64,000 nt of DNA from Escherichia coli (GTDB lineage: Bacteria; Pseudomonadota; Gammaproteobacteria; Enterobacterales; Enterobacteriaceae). The notes under the pieces were generated by a model that was not told the DNA's origin, did no database searches, and saw only the letters and a program-made list of their open reading frames with translations. A program made the translations under genes and the position numbers. Within the stretch, counting starts at the first letter, position 1; every line of letters starts with the position of its first letter. The stretch is taken from NCBI RefSeq assembly GCF_050320075.1, contig NZ_CP190018.1. One strand, 5' to 3'. Shown piece after piece: positions 57,819-64,000 of the stretch.

Positions 57819-58031
57819 TTACAGGCTGGTTACGTTACCAGCTGCCGGGCCTTTAGCGCCGCTTTCGATGGTGAAGGACACTTTCTGACCTTCGTCCAGA
57901 GATTTGTAACCATCGTTCTGGATAGCAGAGAAGTGTACGAACACGTCTTTAGAGCCATCGTCAGGAGTGATGAAGCCGAAGCCTTTGTCAGCGTTGAACC
58001 ATTTTACGATACCAGTCATTTTACCGTACAT
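57819..58031 (-). CDS. cspA: Major cold-shock protein CspA (70 aa); codon 2 is TAC (Tyr) here
   Basis: [70 protein letters not shown]; RNP motifs KGFGFI and VFVHF. Confidence 0.93.
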   Translation of the reverse strand: MYGKMTGIVKWFNADKGFGFITPDDGSKDVFVHFSAIQNDGYKSLDEGQKVSFTIESGAKGPAAGNVTSL

Positions 58032-58173
58032 AGTGTATTACCTTTAATAATTAAGTGTGCCTTTCGGCGATATGGCGTGCTTTACAGATTTTGAAGCGTT
58101 AAAGGAATGTGCACTACGAGGGGTATCAACGATAACTCTTGAAGGGACTTGCCTTACTACACTGCTTTAATGG

Positions 58174-58184
58174 TCTGTACGTCA
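58174..58184 (-). promoter_or_regulatory. cspA 5'-UTR cold box
   Basis: Minus-strand tgacgtacaga within the long cspA leader. Confidence 0.65.
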
Positions 58185-58311
58185 AACCGTTGATGTGCAT
58201 TAAGCCACGCATTGGCGGGTGATGCAACAATTATTTTTCATATTTATGATTAATCGGTTGGAAAACGGTCCTGTCATCAGGACCGTAAACAGCAATAAAG
58301 TGGATAAAAGT

Positions 58312-58602
58312 CTATTCCATCAACTGCTTACTTAATGCCGGGTTGGCTTGAATCAAACGCATCAATTTTAGTTCGGCACTTGAAGGCTTCACGCGTCTGG
58401 ATTCCCATTCCTTTACCATGGCGACTGATACGCCCAAAACCCGGGCGAAATCATCGATTTTTAATCCTGTCCCTTTTCGTAACTGCTCAATTTCGGTACA
58501 GGATGTTGTTCTGTGCGTCAGGGTAATTTTCTGCGTTTCATCTTTAAAAACAATCTGTTCCAGGCTGCTCAACAGCTCATGCATTGGATCTTTATATTCC
58601 AT
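58312..58602 (-). CDS. yiaG: XRE-family HTH protein YiaG (96 aa)
   Basis: Cro/C1-type HTH (IDDFARVLGVSVAMVKEWESRR). Confidence 0.85.
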   Translation of the reverse strand: MEYKDPMHELLSSLEQIVFKDETQKITLTHRTTSCTEIEQLRKGTGLKIDDFARVLGVSVAMVKEWESRRVKPSSAELKLMRLIQANPALSKQLME

Positions 58603-59035
58603 TGAAAACTCCTCAAATCACACTGCGGGATCGTGAATTGCATCGAAGCTCATTAAGAATAGTCGGGAAAAGCAGACACAGCGGGGTGAAGTCAGGGCAT
58701 GCTCTGGCTATGATTCGATTCAGCCAGTCATTTAGCGTGACTTATAGCCACCTAACGATCTGATAAATGCCGATATATCTCTTACCACTCCCGGTTTGTA
58801 AAGATTTCGAAAATCTAACGTTCTGCGAAGGCGTAAATCTCGGTCTACAAAAAAAGCAACGGCACTATCATTTATTAACAATGAAACAACAAATTAACCT
58901 TGTTTCATTTTCTCCATGATTTTACCAGGAAGATTACGTAGAAAGGGTATCCTGCAAGCCTGTCCTGGACTATCCTTGTCACGTCAGACACGCGTGTGTC
59001 GTTGTGCGCTTTTTTTGGGTGAAAGGAGTAAGAAA

Positions 59036-59746
59036 ATGGCGACAGGAAAGTCCTGCTCTCGCTGGTTTGCGCCTCTTGCGGCGTTATTAATGGTAGTTAG
59101 CCTGAGTGGGTGTTTTGATAAAGAAGGCGATCAGCGTAAAGCGTTTATCGACTTCCTGCAGAATACAGTGATGCGTAGCGGTGAACGTCTACCAACCCTG
59201 ACTGCCGATCAGAAAAAACAGTTTGGTCCTTTTGTCTCTGATTACGCGATTCTGTATGGTTATTCTCAGCAGGTGAATCAGGCGATGGATTCCGGTCTGC
59301 GCCCGGTCGTAGACAGCGTTAACGCAATTCGCGTACCGCAGGATTACGTTACGCAAAGCGGCCCACTGCGTGAAATGAACGGTTCTCTGGGCGTACTGGC
59401 GCAACAGCTGCAAAATGCGAAGTTGCAGGCCGATGCTGCGCACTCTGCGCTAAAACAGAGCGATGACCTGAAACCGGTCTTTGATCAGGCATTCACCAAA
59501 GTGGTAACGACGCCAGCTGATGCATTGCAACCGTTGATTCCGGCGGCACAAACTTTCACGCAACAACTGGTGATGGTTGGAGACTACATTGCCCAACAAG
59601 GTACTCAGGTGAGCTTTGTCGCAAATGGCATCCAGTTCCCGACGTCACAGCAGGCAAGTGAATATAACAAACTGATTGCGCCATTACCGGCACAGCATCA
59701 GGCGTTTAATCAGGCCTGGACTACAGCAGTTACTGCAACCCAATAA
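59036..59746 (+). CDS. yiaF: DUF3053 lipoprotein YiaF (236 aa)
   Basis: ORF track 58916..59746 trimmed to ATG at 59036 with aaggag RBS; lipobox LSGC. Confidence 0.85.
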   Translation: MATGKSCSRWFAPLAALLMVVSLSGCFDKEGDQRKAFIDFLQNTVMRSGERLPTLTADQKKQFGPFVSDYAILYGYSQQVNQAMDSGLRPVVDSVNAIRVPQDYVTQSGPLREMNGSLGVLAQQLQNAKLQADAAHSALKQSDDLKPVFDQAFTKVVTTPADALQPLIPAAQTFTQQLVMVGDYIAQQGTQVSFVANGIQFPTSQQASEYNKLIAPLPAQHQAFNQAWTTAVTATQ

Positions 59747-59795
59747 AGAGTAAAAGCCCGAGCGATTATCGGGCTTTACTCCACGCAGTCGCGGC

Positions 59796-60770
59796 TTAGT
59801 CCGCGACGTGCGGATTCACACAGTTCTTCTCAACCTTTCCTTGTAACGCATCAATCAAATTATCCACGGCACAGGCGGCCATGCCATAACGCGTCTCATG
59901 GGTGGCAGATCCAATATGCGGTACTGCGACGACATTTGCCATTGAGAGCAACGGCGAATCTACGGAAAGTGGCTCTTGTTCGAAGACATCCAGCCCGGCG
60001 GCGTGAATTTCGCCTTTCTGCAATGCAGCAATCAGTGCATTTTCATCAACCACCGGGCCACGTCCGGCATTAATGAAAATGGCGGAGGATTTCATTTTGC
60101 CGAATTGTTCTGCGCCAAATAGATGATACGTCTCATCAGTTAACGGCAGGATCAGGCAAACGAAATCTGACTCTTGTAACAGTGTATCCAAATCGCAGTA
60201 GCGGGCGTTGAAGCGTTCTTCTGCTTCTTTATGGTGGCGGCGCGCGTTATAGAGGATGGGCATGTTGAAACCAAAGTGCGCACGTTGTGCCAGCGCCATA
60301 CCGATCCGTCCCATCCCGACAATGCCCAGTGTTTTATGGTGAACGTCAGTGCCGTACCAGTCCGGGCCTATGCTCGCGGTCCATTCGCCTGCTTTTACCC
60401 GTTCTGCTACCTCCACAACCCGACGAGCGGTAGACAACACCAGCGCCATCAGCGTATCGGCGACGGTTTCTGTTAATACGGTTGGCGTGTGCATCAGCAG
60501 AATTTTTCGGGCGGTAAGCGCATCGACATCAAAATTGTCATAGCCGACAGAGATCGTTGATGTGGCACGCAGTTTCGGCATTTTTTCCAGCAATGCGGCA
60601 TCAACATTCTCGTTTGAACCCAGTAAACCTTCAGCTTCGGCAAAAATTGCTGCATTTTGTTCGACGGTTTGTGGGCTGAGGTTTGCCACCTGGTGAACGG
60701 TGAAATGCTCTTGCAGGCGTTGCAGTAAATCATCAGGTAAGGCTTTGTAGAGGATAACGGACGGCTTCAT
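59796..60770 (-). CDS. ghrB: Glyoxylate/hydroxypyruvate reductase B (324 aa)
   Basis: D-isomer 2-hydroxyacid dehydrogenase, NAD-binding GxGxxG (GIVGMGRIG); start trimmed to MKPSVILYK. Confidence 0.9.
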   Translation of the reverse strand: MKPSVILYKALPDDLLQRLQEHFTVHQVANLSPQTVEQNAAIFAEAEGLLGSNENVDAALLEKMPKLRATSTISVGYDNFDVDALTARKILLMHTPTVLTETVADTLMALVLSTARRVVEVAERVKAGEWTASIGPDWYGTDVHHKTLGIVGMGRIGMALAQRAHFGFNMPILYNARRHHKEAEERFNARYCDLDTLLQESDFVCLILPLTDETYHLFGAEQFGKMKSSAIFINAGRGPVVDENALIAALQKGEIHAAGLDVFEQEPLSVDSPLLSMANVVAVPHIGSATHETRYGMAACAVDNLIDALQGKVEKNCVNPHVAD

Positions 60771-60873
60771 GCTTCTCTCCATTCACTGATAAGGCGATCA
60801 CCTTAGCCTGAAATATGATGAAGGAAAACTGAAGAATGCCAGGTGATTTCTGCATCACCTGGCATGAAAGGGA

Positions 60874-61533
60874 TTACAGCGGGCTTAAGGTAATTTCTAC
60901 ACGGCGGTTTTGCGCCTTACCTTCTGCAGTGCTGTTGCTGGCGATTGGGTTAGCCGGGCCAAGGCCCTGAGTACGGATGCGGCTGGCGTCCACGCCCTGG
61001 GTGATCAACGCGCTGGCAACGGAATCCGCACGCTGCTGGGAGAGACGCATGTTCAGGTCGTGACCACCCGTGCTGTCGGTATAACCAATCACGTTAACCG
61101 CCGTTTTCGGATACTCTTTCAGCACCATTGCCACGCCGGTCAGGGTGTTAGCGCCTGCCGGTTTCAGGGTCGCGCTGCTGCTGTCGAAGGTCACATTGTT
61201 CGGCATATTGAGGATAATGTTATCCCCGCTGCGGGTTACGCTAACACCAGTGCCACGCATTTTGTCACGCAGCTTCGCTTCCTGCACATCCATGTAATAA
61301 CCCACGCCGCCGCCCAGAGCTGCACCCGCTGCTGCGCCAATCAGCGCGCCTTTACCGCGATCTTTCTTCGAAGAAGAGAGCGCACCAATACCCGCGCCAA
61401 CGAGAGAGCCCAGACCTGCGCCGATAGCAGATTTACCTGCTTCGCGTTCGCCGGTGTAAGGGTTAGTTGTGCAGCCAGATACCGCCAGAGCGCCACTCAC
61501 TACGGCGGCAATAAGATAAACACGTTTCTTCAT
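60874..61533 (-). CDS. yiaD: OmpA-domain lipoprotein YiaD (219 aa)
   Basis: Lipobox VSGC, Gly-rich segment, C-terminal OmpA-like domain. Confidence 0.88.
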   Translation of the reverse strand: MKKRVYLIAAVVSGALAVSGCTTNPYTGEREAGKSAIGAGLGSLVGAGIGALSSSKKDRGKGALIGAAAGAALGGGVGYYMDVQEAKLRDKMRGTGVSVTRSGDNIILNMPNNVTFDSSSATLKPAGANTLTGVAMVLKEYPKTAVNVIGYTDSTGGHDLNMRLSQQRADSVASALITQGVDASRIRTQGLGPANPIASNSTAEGKAQNRRVEITLSPL

Positions 61534-61685
61534 TGTTAATCCTTAATAACCTTTTTATTCTTTGCCACGGGTTCCGTGGCGGGAGATTATGCCGCGTGAA
61601 CATGAAGATTATTCCTGGGAATACTCGGAAATTTGTAAGTAATATTTAACTGCTCAATACATCTAACCTTTCAGGAGTCTTCGGT

Positions 61686-64000
61686 TTGGCCAACTCATCC
61701 TCACGATATTCCGTTCTGACTGCCGCCCACTGGGGGCCCATGCTGGTTGAAACTGACGGCGAAACCGTGCTTAGCTCGCGTGGCGCGTTAACCACAGGAA
61801 TGGAAAACTCCTTGCAGAGCGCGGTTCGCGACCAGGTTCACAGCAATACGCGGGTACGATTTCCAATGGTGCGCAAAGGCTTTCTCGCGTCACCGGAAAA
61901 ACCGCAAGGCATTCGCGGGCAGGATGAATTTGTTCGTGTGAGTTGGGATGAGGCGCTGGAGCTTATTCACCAACAACATAAACGCATTCGTGAGGCTTAT
62001 GGTCCGGCATCGATTTTTGCTGGTTCCTACGGCTGGCGTTCAAACGGCGTGCTGCATAAGGCCTCGACATTATTACAACGCTATATGGCGCTGGCAGGCG
62101 GTTATACCGGGCATCTGGGGGATTATTCGACCGGTGCAGCACAGGCGATCATGCCGTATGTCGTGGGGGGCAGCGAAGTTTATCAACAGCAAACCAGTTG
62201 GCCCCTGGTGCTGGAACATAGCGATGTCGTGGTGCTGTGGAGTGCTAATCCACTCAATACGCTGAAAATTGCGTGGAATGCATCCGATGAGCAGGGGCTT
62301 TCTTACTTTTCCGCACTGCGTGACAGCGGGAAAAAGCTGATCTGCATTGATCCAATGCGATCGGAAACCGTCGATTTCTTTGGCGATAAAATGGAGTGGG
62401 TGGCACCGCACATGGGCACCGATGTTGCGCTGATGCTGGGGATCGCCCATACGCTGGTGGAAAATGGTTGGCACGACGAAGCGTTTCTGGCGCGTTGCAC
62501 CACCGGTTATGCCGTCTTCGCCTCTTATTTGCTGGGCGAGAGTGACGGAATAGCCAAAACCGCCGAATGGGCGGCAGGGATTTGTGGAGTTAACGCAGAG
62601 AAAATCCGCGAGCTGGCGGCTCTTTTCCACCAAAACACGACCATGCTGATGGCTGGCTGGGGAATGCAGCGTCAACAGTTTGGTGAGCAAAAACACTGGA
62701 TGATCGTCACGCTGGCGGCAATGTTGGGGCAAATCGGCACACCCGGCGGCGGTTTTGGTCTTTCTTATCATTTTGCCAATGGTGGTAACCCCACGCGGCG
62801 TTCTGCGGTGCTCTCTTCCATGCAGGGCAGCTTGCCTGGCGGCACCGATGCGGTAGATAAAATCCCTGTTGCCCGCATTGTTGAAGCACTGGAAAACCCT
62901 GGTGGCGCATATCAACACAACGGTATGAACCGACATTTCCCGGATATTCGTTTTATCTGGTGGGCGGGCGGTGCCAACTTTACTCATCATCAGGATACCA
63001 ATCGCCTGATCCGTGCCTGGCAAAAACCGGAGCTGGTGGTGATCTCTGAATGCTTCTGGACGGCTGCGGCGAAACACGCGGATATCGTTCTGCCTGCGAC
63101 CACTTCGTTTGAGCGTAATGATCTCACCATGACCGGCGATTACAGCAATCAGCATCTGGTGCCGATGAAACAAGTGGTGCCGCCACGTTATGAAGCGCGT
63201 AATGATTTTGATGTCTTTGCCGAGTTGAGTGAACGTTGGGAGAAGGGCGGCTATGCGCGGTTTACGGAAGGAAAAAGTGAGCTGCAATGGCTGGAAACGT
63301 TTTATAACGTTGCCCGGCAGCGCGGGGCAAGCCAGCAGGTTGAATTGTCGCCATTTGCTGAGTTCTGGCAAGCCAACCAGTTAATTGAGATGCCGGAAAA
63401 CCCGGACAGTGAGCGGTTTATTCGCTTCGCCGATTTTCGCCGCGATCCGCAGGCGCATCCATTAAAAACCGCCAGCGGTAAGATTGAAATATTCTCGCAG
63501 CGTATTGCCGATTATGGTTACCAGGATTGCCCTGGGCATCCGATGTGGCTGGAGCCGGATGAGTGGCAGGGCAATGCCGAACCAGAACAGTTGCAGGTAC
63601 TTTCTGCTCATCCGGCACATCGTCTGCACAGCCAGCTGAATTACAGTTCTCTGCGCGAATTGTACGCGGTGGCAAATCGTGAGCCTGTCACCATTCATCC
63701 TGACGATGCCCAGGCGCGCGGCATACAAGATGGCGATATTGTTCGGTTGTGGAACGCACGCGGGCAAATTCTTGCCGGAGCGGTCATTAGCGAGGGAATT
63801 AAACCTGGCGTGATTTGTATTCATGAAGGGGCATGGCCGGATCTGGATTTAACCGCTGACGGTATTTGTAAAAACGGCGCGGTGAACGTTCTGACCAAAG
63901 ATCTCCCCAGCTCGCGGCTGGGGAATGGCTGTGCGGGTAATACGGCACTGGCATGGCTGGAAAAATACAACGGTCCGGAACTGACACTTACAGCGTTTGA
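61686..64000 (+). CDS. bisC: Biotin sulfoxide reductase BisC (molybdopterin oxidoreductase); 3' end beyond window; apparent TTG start
   Basis: Open frame from TTG at 61686 ([25 protein letters not shown]...) to the window end; absent from ORF track only because no stop codon is reached. Confidence 0.85.
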   Translation, partial: MANSSSRYSVLTAAHWGPMLVETDGETVLSSRGALTTGMENSLQSAVRDQVHSNTRVRFPMVRKGFLASPEKPQGIRGQDEFVRVSWDEALELIHQQHKRIREAYGPASIFAGSYGWRSNGVLHKASTLLQRYMALAGGYTGHLGDYSTGAAQAIMPYVVGGSEVYQQQTSWPLVLEHSDVVVLWSANPLNTLKIAWNASDEQGLSYFSALRDSGKKLICIDPMRSETVDFFGDKMEWVAPHMGTDVALMLGIAHTLVENGWHDEAFLARCTTGYAVFASYLLGESDGIAKTAEWAAGICGVNAEKIRELAALFHQNTTMLMAGWGMQRQQFGEQKHWMIVTLAAMLGQIGTPGGGFGLSYHFANGGNPTRRSAVLSSMQGSLPGGTDAVDKIPVARIVEALENPGGAYQHNGMNRHFPDIRFIWWAGGANFTHHQDTNRLIRAWQKPELVVISECFWTAAAKHADIVLPATTSFERNDLTMTGDYSNQHLVPMKQVVPPRYEARNDFDVFAELSERWEKGGYARFTEGKSELQWLETFYNVARQRGASQQVELSPFAEFWQANQLIEMPENPDSERFIRFADFRRDPQAHPLKTASGKIEIFSQRIADYGYQDCPGHPMWLEPDEWQGNAEPEQLQVLSAHPAHRLHSQLNYSSLRELYAVANREPVTIHPDDAQARGIQDGDIVRLWNARGQILAGAVISEGIKPGVICIHEGAWPDLDLTADGICKNGAVNVLTKDLPSSRLGNGCAGNTALAWLEKYNGPELTLTAF

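Noticed and set aside
57419-58094. 70-aa and 140-aa plus-strand ORFs between IS150 and cspA
   Set aside because: Overlap the IS150 end, the cspA terminator and cspA itself on the opposite strand; no RBS or domain signal.
62073-63371. 432-aa minus-strand ORF inside bisC
   Set aside because: Antisense to the open bisC frame, which runs to the window end and has clear molybdopterin-oxidoreductase sequence. Shadow ORF.

Overview
The window reads as an Escherichia coli chromosomal segment whose gene content and order match the K-12 interval from mtlR to bisC, in reverse-complement orientation. All assignments come from recognising the translated proteins and motifs by eye; no database search or alignment was run. 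Most of it is ordinary core metabolism: the mannitol PTS operon (mtlADR), yibIH, yibF-selAB, yiaY-aldB, yiaWVUT, the yiaKLMNO-lyxK-sgbHUE L-lyxose/L-xylulose operon, yiaJ, ysaA, avtA, malS, bax, the xyl regulon, wecH, ysaB, glyQS, cspA, yiaG, yiaF, ghrB, yiaD and the 5' part of bisC. Four things stand out against that background. (1) An Rhs polymorphic-toxin locus whose C-terminal tip and downstream region differ from what I recall of K-12 rhsA: the tip after the DPLGL site carries an HExxHxxGxxD zinc-peptidase-like motif, and it is followed by a 136-aa signal-peptide ORF, a decayed relic of an rhs 5' end and a second small secreted-protein ORF, all in an AT-rich block. This is the best candidate for an undescribed system in the window. 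(2) A three-gene block between yiaT and sgbE (GH127-like glycosidase, GPH-family symporter, AraC-type regulator) that I do not recall in K-12. (3) An IS1 copy sitting where K-12 has yiaA-yiaB, with no target-site duplication. (4) A complete IS150 with a 3-bp duplication. No CRISPR array, tRNA or rRNA gene was seen. Several ORF-track entries are N-terminally over-extended and many long antisense ORFs are shadows of real genes.
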